A DNA stretch of 60,469 nt, counting the filler, from Asterionella formosa (lineage: Eukaryota): the NCBI GenBank assembly GCA_002256025.1. It is 15 parts of 15 records of this genome, joined end to end, with 100 filler letters (N's around TTAATTAATTAA, not from the genome) between each part and the next. Parts side by side here need not be neighbours in the genome. Positions count along the whole stretch, not along the records: positions 44,443 to 48,375 come from NKIB01013821.1; positions 48,476 to 52,408 come from NKIB01013822.1; positions 52,509 to 56,439 come from NKIB01013823.1; positions 56,540 to 60,469 come from NKIB01013824.1; 11 more parts are not named here. One strand, 5' to 3'. Each line of letters starts with the position of its first letter. Position 1 is the first letter of the stretch. A model generated the notes under the pieces. That model worked only from the letters and a program-made list of their open reading frames with translations, was not told where the DNA came from and searched no databases. Position numbers and translations under genes: made by a program. Positions 47,545 through 59,930 of the stretch are shown here, one piece after another.

Positions 47545-47830
47545 AAACACACAGTAGTGAATGCCCACCAGTGCAACAATCTTTTATCAGATGCATGAGT
47601 ATGTATGTCACTGTTTGGTCTTGGCCATATGGCTCATAAATTCGGTCTATTGCTGTGTTTGCAGGAGTATCACCAGCACAAACTAGCATTGCAACTGTCT
47701 CCCACAGAATTTTGCACCAGCAGTAAATAAATTTCAGTCTACTCCTTTCAACCCTTGTAAATAGCCTTGCTGGCTTTTGCCCTCCAATCCCAACCTCCCA
47801 TTCCTGTCAAAGAACAACTAGCATCTTTGG
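47545..47830 (-). pseudogene. Second, divergent Crypton C-terminal relic
   Basis: QEWEVGIGGQKPARLFTRVERS ... AIDRIYEPYGQ ... TGGH. Confidence 0.6.
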
Positions 47831-48475
47831 TGTCTTAGCTACTGCTATTGTACTAGACTGGATCAACAGCCATTTTACTTTCCAAATCGTTTTATTTTGG
47901 GTTAAAGTACTGAAAGACTATTTAGGTTTAAGCAAATGATGGAATCTAATTTAATCAAGACCACGTTAAGCAATATTTTTCTTAAACTTTGTAGACAAGC
48001 ATGCCCAGTCCTTAATTCATATGTAGATGACTGCATGTGTCTCTACAGAAGGAAAGAGATTTACCAGCATTAGTCTACTGGTACTATGCCAACACTATGC
48101 TGGTAATAACAGTGGATCACTATGTGTAGCATTATTTCATAATGATGTTCTGTACTCCTGTAAGCACTCACATGTATGCTGCATGAAGGGGCTGTCAAAC
48201 ATTAACTAGTATAGGTTATTACTAGTAGTAGTTTTGACAGCATACTTGACATTTGTCAGCTTTCACCACTATACAACTTGCCAATTCGTAATCAATCAAT
48301 TCTCAGTAGATAAATAGCTTATTTAACATCTGTTGCTCCAATTATTCATGTTATCGACGTAGTCATAGTCTTATTNNNNNNNNNNNNNNNNNNNNNNNNN
48401 NNNNNNNNNNNNNNNNNNNTTAATTAATTAANNNNNNNNNNNNNNNNNNNNNNNNNNNNNNNNNNNNNNNNNNNN

Positions 48476-50690
48476 GCCATTCTATGTAGATTTCTTCGTC
48501 GAGGTCGGCTTCGAGGAATGCCGCTTCGATGTCCACAATTTCACAAACAAAATCTTTTCTGTGTAGGGTGAGCGCAAACACAATACGTAGGCCTGTATCC
48601 GTGACAACAGGTGCGAATGAGTCTGTGAAGTCGACACCTGGTATCTGCACATAGCCTTTTACCACAATACGGCCCTTGTAGCGCGTAGTGTTGTCATGCT
48701 CGTTCTTTTTTTTAAATACCCATTTTGCTCCAAGTGGCTTTCGTCCATTTAGATTCTTACGAGGATGTAGTTTCCACACTTTGCGGGAGTACTAGAAGTT
48801 TTCAATCTCTGCTTTGATTGCCTTGGTCCATTCGTCTTTTTCGTTACTTAATAGTGCCTGCTTGTAGCTCTTGGGTTCCAGTGGGTCAGAAGCTAGGCTC
48901 GTGGCCCACCCCACCCTGCCAAACTGAATCAGGTGAGGATAAATCTTAGGCTGAAAGCCGTAGAAAAGCCAATCGGGGCATTTTCCAGTATTCGAGTTAG
49001 CGACAGAGTTCGTTAGTCGTGTGTGCATGTGGACACTCTCGGCCCACAGTAGCCCCTGGTATTTGTCTGACAATTTTGTGTTGAACATGGAGGCACATGC
49101 TCGGTCTCGTATCGTCACAAATTTTCGTTCCACGACTCCGTTCTGTTGAGGAGTATGGGGGGCAGTATACTCAATCTGAATACCCTGCGTGGTGCAGACG
49201 ATACTTAGACTGGTCATGTTTTCACCGGCATTGTCGCAGCGTAGGAGGCGTACGACATAGCCCGCTGACTTGAGTGTAGTCAATAGGGCATCCGCGATGC
49301 TCGCCAAAAGACTTTTCTTGTTAACAAAATAACTCCATGCCTTGCCTGTGTACTGATCCACGAATAGAATCCAGTAGTTGCTTCCAATTAGAGATTTCTT
49401 GTAGGGACCTGAAATGTCCATATACAATCGTTCAGCACAAGTAGAGGCCTTGAGGGTCGTGACTTTAGGTACCACTTTGGCCTTTGCCTTAGCTAGTGCG
49501 CAGCCTTCACACAACTGAATCTTGCCCGTAGGTTCAATACCGAGGGACTTTAGCGTTGCGCGAAGGGATGCCTCGCTGTGGTACGTTTTCCCTAGAAGTA
49601 GTAAAGGACGCCTTGCTCCTCACAAGAAAAGGTTAGTTCGTTGTCGTACCCTTCCTTATGTAGACTCAACTCAGACCCCTTCATGCGTGCCTCGCACCCT
49701 CCGTTCTTGACAAATTGCCCGATGCTGACGATATTCTTGTGGAAGTGTGGAGTGTAGAGTACCTTGCGTAGTAACATGGAGCACGTCTTGTTGGTAATCA
49801 GAATATCACCTCGTTTCGTGCATACCATCTCTTTACCGTCACCGACAATGACCGAGACGTTGACATTTTCGACGTTTGTCATGTATTCGTCAGTCATAGT
49901 GATGTGCGTGGTAGCCCCGACGAAACACATGCGTAGGAGTTCTTCAGTAGGAGTCTCGGTAGCTTTCTGCGTCACGTCCATGGTACCGGGGATATCGTCC
50001 GTCGCCTCCATATCAGTAATCTCCTCGCACATTCCGACTTACATTCCGGTTTCTTTTTTCTTCTCGCCGCGTGGTGCGCGTTTTGGTTCCGGGCAGTCTC
50101 TTGCAATATGCCCGACATATTTATTGCAATTATAGCACTTTATCTCATTTTTTTCGTTCGTACCGTTTGCATTCGTTCCGCTTGTGTTCGTTTTCGATCG
50201 GCACACGTCGGCCTTGTGCCCTTGTTTGCCGCAGTTCTTGCAGATACCTCTGTATTTCTGCGTGAATAGGGCGATCTCCTTTGTGCTCTTCGTGCCCTTT
50301 AGCTTTCGTTTGTAGAATGCTCGGATCTTTCCTTTCAATTCGTTGAGGCTGATTGTTGTCATGCCCTCGACGACTGTAACAACCTCGCTGTACTCCACTG
50401 GAAGCTTGTCGATTACATTCGCAATCAATTCCATTTCTTTCTTCTCAAATGACGGGTCGATCGCCATCATCTTGCTTTGTATTAGATCGAGCTCAATGAA
50501 CCATTCATCTGGATCAGAGGAGCTATCGTTCAGCTTGCATTTGTTGAAATCGCTTGCCAGCTGGATCAGGTCCGACACAGAATGGGGGGCATACCTCGCT
50601 TCGAGGTTCTTCCACGCCATGTATGCATCGCCATCGATCAACGTTTTCGTTTTGGCTTGGTTTACAAGTCCGAAGGCGATTCTGTGAGAA
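48476..50690 (-). mobile_element. Copia gag-PR-IN-RT with multiple internal deletions
   Basis: DPDEWF, two CCHC knuckles, GATTHIT, ERLYMDISGP, CDNAGEN, PQQNGVVER, EPKSYKQAL, KWVFKKK, YKGRIVVKGYVQIPGVDF, DIEAAFL. Confidence 0.92.
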
Positions 50691-51279
50691 TTATGCATTT
50701 CTCATGTGCCCTTGCTCCCTGGTGCCAGGGGTGCAGTGCCATTGGGTATTCAAATGTTTGACGTACGTGTGATGGTGAGGCTGTGGTATTAAAGTATCTG
50801 ATGGGTTTCCGGGTCCCCCCTTCATTTTTGCATTGACGATTCGATTTGTAACTTGCTGCCGGATTGGGTCCAAGCGGATGTGGTTGGGTCTCTTTTGGCA
50901 GTTGGTTGATGGCGAGTCATGCTGCGTTGTAGCGATTCTTCTATTGGCATAATAAGGGTTTTTGAGCGATGTGTTCAGTCCACATTCAGGTATATCTGAA
51001 TGATGAGGGTCTTCTCGTCTTGCTGCTGTATGGTGCATGTTAGACAGGCTAGCGCGTTTTTGCAGACGATGCCCAATGATTATGAGACATATAATTGAAA
51101 CTAGACTAATCTGTTATTGATTTGCATCTTACTTTGGTTATTGTCAAACTGCATTTATTCGTTTGAATATTTGCTGGTTTCCCTCACGCTTCCCCAGCGC
51201 AACACGACAACCGTCGTATTGTAGACTATCGTCTATCATTCTTCGTCGATCCTCTCGACTTCGTGGTCTAGAACCTAAC

Positions 51280-52408
51280 ATGGCTCAAGCTCCCAACGCC
51301 CATGCGGCTTTCGTCTTTGCTCTAACCCCAGCTCTCGCAAATCCTGATCCCGTTGATTACAACTCAAATGAAGGGATGAAATTGTACAAGTCTGCAACCG
51401 AAAAACTCAATCATCCCTTCGATGGTGAAACTGGAGGCCTCCGCCTTTTCCTTCAAGCCTTGCAGCAACGAGCCGACGCATTTGGATGGGCCTCCATCCT
51501 CACGGTCCCTGATGACCACATCGTTGGGCGAAACCTAATCACCGAATATGGAAGGGTCACCATGGCAAATGTGGTTGCTCACGCAGCCACACATGTTCAT
51601 TCCCAGACGCGTGACGCACAGAACAGTGCGCAGTTGTTTACGTGAATTTACGATTCACTTTCAATGGAGGCCTTGCTCAAGGTTTCTACAGACTCATCTG
51701 CCTATCGTCTTACGTCACCCACAGCCCCTACACACGTGGTGGCAAGTGGTGCTGCATTCTTGAAACTTCTCATTACGAGATGCACGGTCGATACACGATC
51801 CACGGTGGCTACTATTCGCCGTACCCTCAGCGTGTTGGATGAATACATGTTATCGGTGGACTGCAACATTGAGAAGTTTAACCTCCATGTCCGTGTGCAA
51901 CGTGACGCACTTATGTCTCGTGGGGAAACTTCTTCTGACCTACTGACAAATCTGTTTACAGCATACGAGGCTGTGGAGGATAAAGTGTTCCATGATTACA
52001 TGATTGGTCAGCAGGATCAGTATCACGATGGACGGGTGGATTTTGATGTGGATTCGCTGATGGACCTGGCCCTAAATAAATATAAGATGCTCGTGGAGTC
52101 TAAGAAGTGGAATTTACCATCTGCTAAAGATGCTAAGCTGGAGGCACAGATTGTCGCACTCACGGCGAAACTGGAATATTTCAAGACCAACAAGCCTGTG
52201 AACAAGGACAACAAGAATGACAAAAAGGAACGTGCTCGCAAGGCTAAACTGGCTAAGAAATGGGCCTGGAAATTGGTGCCGCCAAAGGAGAATGACGCGA
52301 AGACCAAGACAGTGGACACCAAGGAGTATCATTGGTGCACCAACCATGCATCGTGGACAATGCATTCCGCCAAGGAGTGCAACCTCAATGTAGCAACTAC
52401 TCCTACTG
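51280..52408 (+). mobile_element. gag of a second diatom LTR-retrotransposon family; one in-frame TGA at 51643-51645; cut by the contig end
   Basis: FALTPA...DY....G.KLY..AT, L..RA..FGW, NLITEYG, NIEKFN, NLF.AY....D..F..Y, W..P..., and Zn motif YHWCTNHASWTMHSAKEC. Confidence 0.75.
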
Positions 52409-52645
52409 NNNNNNNNNNNNNNNNNNNNNNNNNNNNNNNNNNNNNNNNNNNNTTAATTAATTAANNNNNNNNNNNNNNNNNNNNNNNNNNNNNNNNNNNN
52501 NNNNNNNNAGCATCAAATCAACAGAACAACAATCAGCTTCATTCGTGAAATACACAGCTGATCTATCATATTCTATTGACACCGCTCTGTTTCTCCATTG
52601 TATAGGGACAACTGTCTACAGTAGTTTGAGAAAAATTGAGTGCAA

Positions 52646-54146
52646 ATGGGTACAATGGATGGAACGGCAGCAAGCAAGAAAGTTTTGGAAAGTGCCATTT
52701 TAGCTGCTGGTACGTTGAGAACAGAAACATCGCGCTTCCGCTTTGGTAAATGAAAGATTGCAACATGATTCTGACCTGAGTTCTGATTTTAACAACCGGT
52801 AGATCCATATCGAGGCAGAGGAACTATTTATCTTCATAGCAATCACGCAAGTCCAGATGATGCTGTGTACAATCCCACAGGAGCCGTAGTTGTACCGATC
52901 TCTCTTGCCACGACCTTTGAACAGCGAACTCCGGGTCAAGCTACAGCGGTTGGCGACCCCAACAGTTTTGGAATGGGATATGAATACTCGCGCACAGGAA
53001 ATCCAACCAGGGGTGCCTTTGAGAGAGCTGTTGCTGCTGCTGAAAATGCCAAGTACTGCGTGGCATTTTCTTCGGGATCGGCCGCTACTAGCGCTGTCGT
53101 TCATTTGTTGGCACACGGCGAGCACATATTGTGTGTCGACGATGTCTACGGTACGTATAACAAAAATAAAGATCAAGCTATCCGAAAATAAATCATTACT
53201 CAATCAATTTCTTACAGGGGGAACACAGCGATACTTTCGAAAAATTGTAAGTCCCCAGATGGGAATTGACGTGGACTTTCATGACTTTTCAGAAGGGGTA
53301 CCATTCCAAGAGAAGACCAAGCTTGTTTGGCTGGAGACACCAACTAATCCAACTCTCAAGCTCACGGATATTGAGATGGTGGCCGTGAAGGCCAAAGAGC
53401 GAAACTGCCTCTTGGCTGTTGACAATACGTTTTGTTCACCATTCTTTCAGACTCCATTGGATCTTGGTGCTGATCTGGTTGTCCACAGCGTGACGAAATA
53501 CATTGGTGGTCATTCTGATGTTGTTCTTGGAGTTGTATGCACAAACACAGTTGATCTATACAACAAACTGCGATTCATCCAAAACGGCATTGGCGCTGTT
53601 CCCTCGCCATTTGACTGTTTCTTGGCCCACAGAGGACTCAAGACGCTTCATATTCGAATGGAAGCTGCATCGAGAAATGCCTACGCTATCGCCCTCTTTC
53701 TGGAAAATCACAAGGCGGTAAGAAAGGTTTCTTATCCCGGCCTCGTCTCTCATCCGCAACATGAACTAGCGAAGCGACAACAGCATGGATACGGAGCAAT
53801 GATTACGTTCTACAGTGTTGGTGGACAGAAACAATCTGCTGTGATCCTTGAGAAGGTAAGTACGTTAGAATGCAGCTTGCAGCTGAAATGTGAATTCACC
53901 AACTGACTGGAATCGAAATTTTCGAAGCTGTCTGTGTTTGCATTGGCAGAGTCTCTTGGAGCCGTTGAGTCTTTGGCCGAGTGCCCCTCCCTGATGACAC
54001 ACGCCTCAGTTCCGGCCGAGCAGCGGAAGTTGTTGGGTATTGATGATACTCTAATTCGCCTCTCGGTTGGAATTGAAAGCTGCAGAGATCTTGTGAATGA
54101 TTTGAACTTGGCACTGAACGCAGCCTTTGAATCGTATGAGAAGTAG
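52646..54146 (+). CDS. CTH: Cystathionine gamma-lyase (Cys/Met metabolism PLP enzyme); exons 52646-52709, 52803-53150, 53218-53855, 53928-54146
   Basis: Three GT-AG introns restore the frame. Motifs YEYSRTGNPTR, FSSGSAA, DDVYGGTQRYF, WLETPTNP, VDNTF, HSVTKYIGGHSD (PLP lysine), LAESLG.VESL.E.P..MTH and LIRLSVGIE. Confidence 0.93.
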
Positions 54147-56726
54147 GACACCAACCTTCTTCGGCGTGCTGCATGGCTGGTGGAAGTTGTCTCGNNNNNN
54201 NNNNNNNNNNNNNNNNNNNNNNNNNNNNNNNNNNNNNNNNNNNNNNNNNNNNNNNNNNNNNNNNNNNNNNNNNNNNNNNNNNNNNNNNNNNNNNNNNNNN
54301 NNNNNNNNNNNNNNNNNNNNNNNNNNNNNNNNNNNNNNNNNNNNNNNNNNNNNNNNNNNNNNNNNNNNNNNNNNNNNNNNNNNNNNNNNNNNNNNNNNNN
54401 NNNNNNNNNNNNNNNNNNNNNNNNNNNNNNNNNNNNNNNNNNNNNNNNNNNNNNNNNNNNNNNNNNNNNNNNNNNNNNNNNNNNNNNNNNNNNNNNNNNN
54501 NNNNNNNNNNNNNNNNNNNNNNNNNNNNNNNNNNNNNNNNNNNNNNNNNNNNNNNNNNNNNNNNNNNNNNNNNNNNNNNNNNNNNNNNNNNNNNNNNNNN
54601 NNNNNNNNNNNNNNNNNNNNNNNNNNNNNNNNNNNNNNNNNNNNNNNNNNNNNNNNNNNNNNNNNNNNNNNNNNNNNNNNNNNNNNNNNNNNNNNNNNNN
54701 NNNNNNNNNNNNNNNNNNNNNNNNNNNNNNNNNNNNNNNNNNNNNNNNNNNNNNNNNNNNNNNNNNNNNNNNNNNNNNNNNNNNNNNNNNNNNNNNNNNN
54801 NNNNNNNNNNNNNNNNNNNNNNNNNNNNNNNNNNNNNNNNNNNNNNNNNNNNNNNNNNNNNNNNNNNNNNNNNNNNNNNNNNNNNNNNNNNNNNNNNNNN
54901 NNNNNNNNNNNNNNNNNNNNNNNNNNNNNNNNNNNNNNNNNNNNNNNNNNNNNNNNNNNNNNNNNNNNNNNNNNNNNNNNNNNNNNNNNNNNNNNNNNNN
55001 NNNNNNNNNNNNNNNNNNNNNNNNNNNNNNNNNNNNNNNNNNNNNNNNNNNNNNNNNNNNNNNNNNNNNNNNNNNNNNNNNNNNNNNNNNNNNNNNNNNN
55101 NNNNNNNNNNNNNNNNNNNNNNNNNNNNNNNNAGTTCATATTGGATAACATGTTACAAATCGAAATCTACCTGCAGCGTTAATTTGCATTACTAAATCTA
55201 GTTCCACGTACGACTTCGTACCGGCAGTACTCATTCCAATTCCAAACTGATACATTTGTCTCTTCTTGGTATCCGTTTGATGAAACACCCCGGCCGGGTT
55301 GTTGTTCCAATATTTTTTTAGCTTTAATCTGATTTCGCCTAAAATATTGAGACCAATCTGATTTGCTTCTTCTGCCATTTGCTTCCATTGGTTTTGCTTT
55401 ATGTAGGACCGCTTTGCTTAAGTAGCTTTGCTTCAAGTAGGGAGTGTTGCTTGGTTAAGTAGCAATTTTGCTTATTGTGACATCATCTTTTCAATGCAGC
55501 TGCCGTCACACCCCCCTTCGACCTATTTAATCATACGTTGCTAATTATGATACTGAATGCCAGTACACATATATGTGAGCAATGTCTATTGCATACAGAC
55601 ACTCTATATTATATGTATTGCTGGATTCATGCACATGGTTGATACCCGTTGTACACATTTGCTCGCTCTGGAATATAATTATTTAGCTGAAATAATGCTA
55701 TTCTTTTGTATATACAATACGCTATAGTGTAGCAGTAGTCATCCCGGGCGTTGCAAGCAGCTGGAGAATCCTTCATCATCATGTTGTTGCAGCATTGACC
55801 ATGATGAAAATAGCGATTATCTCGACCAAAAATGCGAACAACGCTTTCCAATTTTGATACATATGTCAAACACGGCATAGATAGTTCAATCGTAAAAGAA
55901 TAATCCAAATAGTACTAGTAATATTTACAACGAAAATTGAAGTCGCCGCTGGCACATTTTCTCGTCTAATTTAGAGATGCGCAATTTTTAAGGACAATGC
56001 CACGAGCAGATACGACACTTATACAGTAGTTACACAACAAATAAGTCTACGACTAAATCAGTTACATGAATAATCGAAGCAAAAGATATGAAATAGGTTT
56101 ATTTTCTACTGAGAATTGCTTGATTGCGAATTGGCAATTTGTACATAGCTAGTCTTCATGGAAGCCGACAAATGTGAAGCAATTGCTCCGGTATGATGTC
56201 GTCGAAACTACCAGTACCTGTTACCGGTAATGCTCTAAAGTTTTAGTAATGATGTGCAGCAGCCCATTCCTATATACCGCTTCATATGAAACCCGGTCTG
56301 TATACTTGGCAAGACATGTGCCGACAGGAATGTAACAGCAAATCAATTTCCTTCCATATGTACCAGTGACGTAAGCAGCATGTACGAATGAATTAAGGAC
56401 TATGTTTATTTAGGTTAAGCAAAATTTTGCTTAAAATAGNNNNNNNNNNNNNNNNNNNNNNNNNNNNNNNNNNNNNNNNNNNNTTAATTAATTAANNNNN
56501 NNNNNNNNNNNNNNNNNNNNNNNNNNNNNNNNNNNNNNNTCGAAATTCTGACGTGGTCACCTCGACAGAATTCTTCTTCCCGATTTTCCTCGGAACTAAA
56601 TATTGCATGGTTTATAACACTTTATAATTTTAGTTTGTGTTTTCTCCTTCTTTGATCGTCGCTTCATACTCTTTGTATTCCTCATGAGCCTCTTCAATCG
56701 TTAGTGTGTTTATTGAGATCGGAACA

Positions 56727-57041
56727 CCACTCTTCACGTAAAAAAGATTACTTTTAACTGTTTCATGTGAAGTTTTAACTGCTTCATGTGAAGTTTTCAC
56801 AATGAATTTTGAACGTGAGACTGAATTAGTTGATGTTTCAAATAATTCATTTGACTTTTCGAAATTTCGTCTACGTACAAGTGTTAATTATGTGGAACTT
56901 CACATGCATTAATGCCACTCTTCACGTAAAAAAGATTACTTTTAACGGTTTCATGTGAAGTTTTAACTGTTTCAAGTAAGTTTTCACAATGAATTTTGAA
57001 CGCGAGACTGAATTAGTTTATGTTTCAGATAATTCATTTGA
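56727..57041 (+). repeat. Direct duplication of ~128 bp with ~188-bp period
   Basis: CCACTCTTCACGTAAAAAAGATTACTTTTAAC...AATAATTCATTTGA at about 56727 and 56915. Confidence 0.9.
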
Positions 57042-57449
57042 AAGTTCAACTAAGATCCTGCTCTTGAGGCTAATACATTCACAACACGCATTTTACTTAA
57101 TGAAATAGTAAGGATATTTGTGGTGTCTAATGTCATCCATCTGAGATCAAAGTTTAACGGTTGTACACATCACATGAAGAACTCACACTTAACGGTAAAA
57201 AAGCTCTCTCTTCCCAGTTTTCATGTTATGTAGGTTATTACCGGTACTAGGCAGTGGTAGTAGGCAACCCAATTTTTTTACGTGATTATTATTACTCAAA
57301 ATCAACACTGGTGGAATTATGTCTACTGATTAGGATGGTACCAGGTATTATTGTTTGCCAAATATGTGCCGAACAAGGTCCATTATTTTAGCTACTGGTT
57401 ATTCTTATTTTTCTCTCGCCAACACAGCACTGCAACGACAGTAAAAATC

Positions 57450-57722
57450 ATGGATCTGTGTGACAATAACGATGAGGACAAATGTCAATTCTGTGGTAAA
57501 GGTCCTTTTAAATCAATTCGTGGTCATCACAGACACAGCCCCTCGTGTGGGCAACAAGATATGATTCAATCTCAGATTCAAGCATCGCAGACATCATCAA
57601 TGGTAGCGACTTCTCGAAAGGATGGACGATACCACTCTCAAGACCCCCTTGCAAAATTCCTGAAACAATCGCCAGCAGCCATTCATTTCGTTCAAACAAT
57701 TTGTTTTGATGCCGATGACTAA
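57450..57722 (+). pseudogene. Short Zn-finger-bearing ORF, probably a TE protein N-terminus
   Basis: CQFCGKGPFKSIRGHHRHSPSC followed by an early stop. Confidence 0.35.
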
Positions 57723-59143
57723 GATAATGGTTTATTCCTTGATGGTTTAGTAGATCATGATGCTGCTGCTATTAATGGTCCAATCATTCAGAACGAAGAA
57801 ATAAACGACATTATAAACCCTACCAACTTCCGATTTTGCGCACAAAGTATATCCGTTTCGTCCACTTCAGCATGACAATCTCGCCAATCAACCCGTGAAC
57901 AAACACATTCTACCGGTACTTGTTTTCGTTGACATTTTCAATTCTCACATGATACTGCATCTACTATTGAGATTCAGCATAGAAGGAGATACGAAAATGT
58001 GCCTAACAGACTACTGTCCACATAGCTAGCTATAGTTATAGAATGATTCTGATTAGAATGAATTTCATTTTCATATAGCTCACTCGTTTTTGCATTTGGC
58101 ATACTGTACTTGAATTAACTATTGAACTTGTCCACATCTTTGATACCATCAAGAGAGCGAAAGCAAGTGGCTTTTTTCATTGTTGTTTGCTCGTAGGAAG
58201 AATTTGATATCTGTATCGTCATTTGCTTGTTGGAATTGTCCGTTGCCTCAAACTTGCTTGGCGTGCTGTGCGTGCACACACTGTCGACTTGTTCTCAATG
58301 GTATGTTGTTCTTGTATTCACTGTTGAACTTGTCCGTATCTTTGTTACCATCAATAGAGCAACAAGTGGGTCTCTTCATTGTTGTTTGCTCCTGGAAAAG
58401 TCGGTGTCCGTGTCCGTGTCATCCTCATCAATAGAGAGACAAGTTCTTTCGTTGGAAAAATTGGTACCGTATCATCATTCGCTCGTTCGAACCACTGTCC
58501 GTTGCCTCAAACCTGATTAGCGTTTGAGTACTGGTACCCGGTATGTGCACTGTCGACTTTAGTACATTACTGGCGGAGTGACTTGTTAGCTACTAAATTG
58601 CGTGATATAATAATATACCCTGTAGCACGATGCAGAATACAGTTGCTTCCCAATCATCTCATCATGATTGATAAGATGATACTGTGATATCATGATAAGG
58701 TTACATCGATACATACATCACCAAAGTATGATACGTAATTATGAATAAAGTACATCACATAGCTATGATACATTGATCATAAAACTATGATGATTTTTTA
58801 AAATGTTTATCATATAATTTTGATCAAAATATGATTATGTAAAAATAGTACAATGACAATAAAGTACGATAAAATATGTACGCAAGTGTTATCGATACAT
58901 CACAGAATATAAATTAAGCAATCATAAAGTATGTTAATTAATATATGTGTTTGTCGTTTAATGTATACAGTTAAAGTCAACAGTTAATATGATAGTATTA
59001 TACAGTGGATAGGATCTAAGTATACGGATGCGTTGATATGTACATCACTATAATATGATTTGTGATATGGATTGATGCATATCACATACCGGTATCCTCA
59101 ACAAACAGCCATCACGTTCATTGTCATGTCGTCTTTCCTTGTT

Positions 59144-59497
59144 TTAGCTGTTCCATTGCAAATCTTCCTTCAATAGGTCAAACTCGTCATCCTTGAGCAT
59201 TTGCCTTCCAGTGGCATCGTAGGACTGAAGCGCGTCCAGAAAAATACGCTCCTTTTCGGCTACAGTGAGACGAATGAGTTCCCCACTTTCCGGATCGACG
59301 ACACAGTATTCCTCGTCAGGAATGCATTCTTCTTCCTGCAAGTTAGTCTCAAAGAATCGTCCAGACTTGTCGTCGTAAGCGATTTCTCTTGTTCCGCTCG
59401 TAATGGTGATCTTTTCGTCGTTTCCTTCTTCGGCCATTAATAGTGGACCAGCAACACGACCAGCTGTTGTCGTTGTCTTCCTTAAAGTTCGATGATC
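59144..59497 (-). pseudogene. PGRL1: Truncated PGR5-like 1 (PGRL1) fragment
   Basis: EKERIFLDALQSY...GRQML.DDEFDLLKEDLQWN matches the first PGRL1 repeat. A stop follows WNS with no nearby splice donor. No signal peptide, TM helices or C-terminal Cys. Confidence 0.75.
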
Positions 59498-59514
59498 TTA
59501 AATTCATTTACCGG

Positions 59515-59930
59515 TACTGTCCCGCTGTAGTAGCAGCAGTCATAGACATATGGTGTTCTATTTATACAATCCTAAAACTATGATGACTTACTATGGTGTT
59601 CTATTGCTTGCTTATTACTCCGACTACCGGTACCGCTTTTCAGTTTCACGATCATACAATCCTAAAACTATGATGATTTACTGTCCCACTGTAATTGCAA
59701 CAGTCACGAACATATGGTGTTCTATTTGTTTTAGTTTTACGATCATACGATCCTAAAACTATGATGATTTACTGTCCCAATGTAATTGCAACAGTCATGA
59801 ACATATGGTGTTCTTTTGGTTTTTAGTTTTATGATCATACGATCCTAAAACTATGATGATTTACTGTCCCACTGCAGTAGAAACAGTCCTGAACATATGG
59901 TGTTCTGTTGCTAGTTTATTACTCCGACTA
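59515..59930 (+). repeat. Tandem repeat, ~91-bp unit, about 4 copies
   Basis: ATCATAC.ATCCTAAAACTATGATGATTTACTGTCCCA.TG...ACAGTC..GAACATATGGTGTTCT at about 59651, 59742 and 59834, plus partial units. Confidence 0.9.

Noticed and set aside
51643..51645. In-frame TGA in gag (also near 13662) as programmed readthrough or selenocysteine
   Set aside because: These are single stops within gag of TE copies, with no recoding signal seen. Nonsense mutation is the simpler explanation.
3950..56539. Regularly spaced TTAATTAATTAA palindromes and ORFs running through N runs
   Set aside because: Artificial scaffolding linkers and gaps. The poly-X ORFs and any gene clustering across linkers are artefacts.
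59515..59930. Possible CRISPR-like array
   Set aside because: Whole units repeat with no unique spacers, so it is an ordinary tandem repeat.
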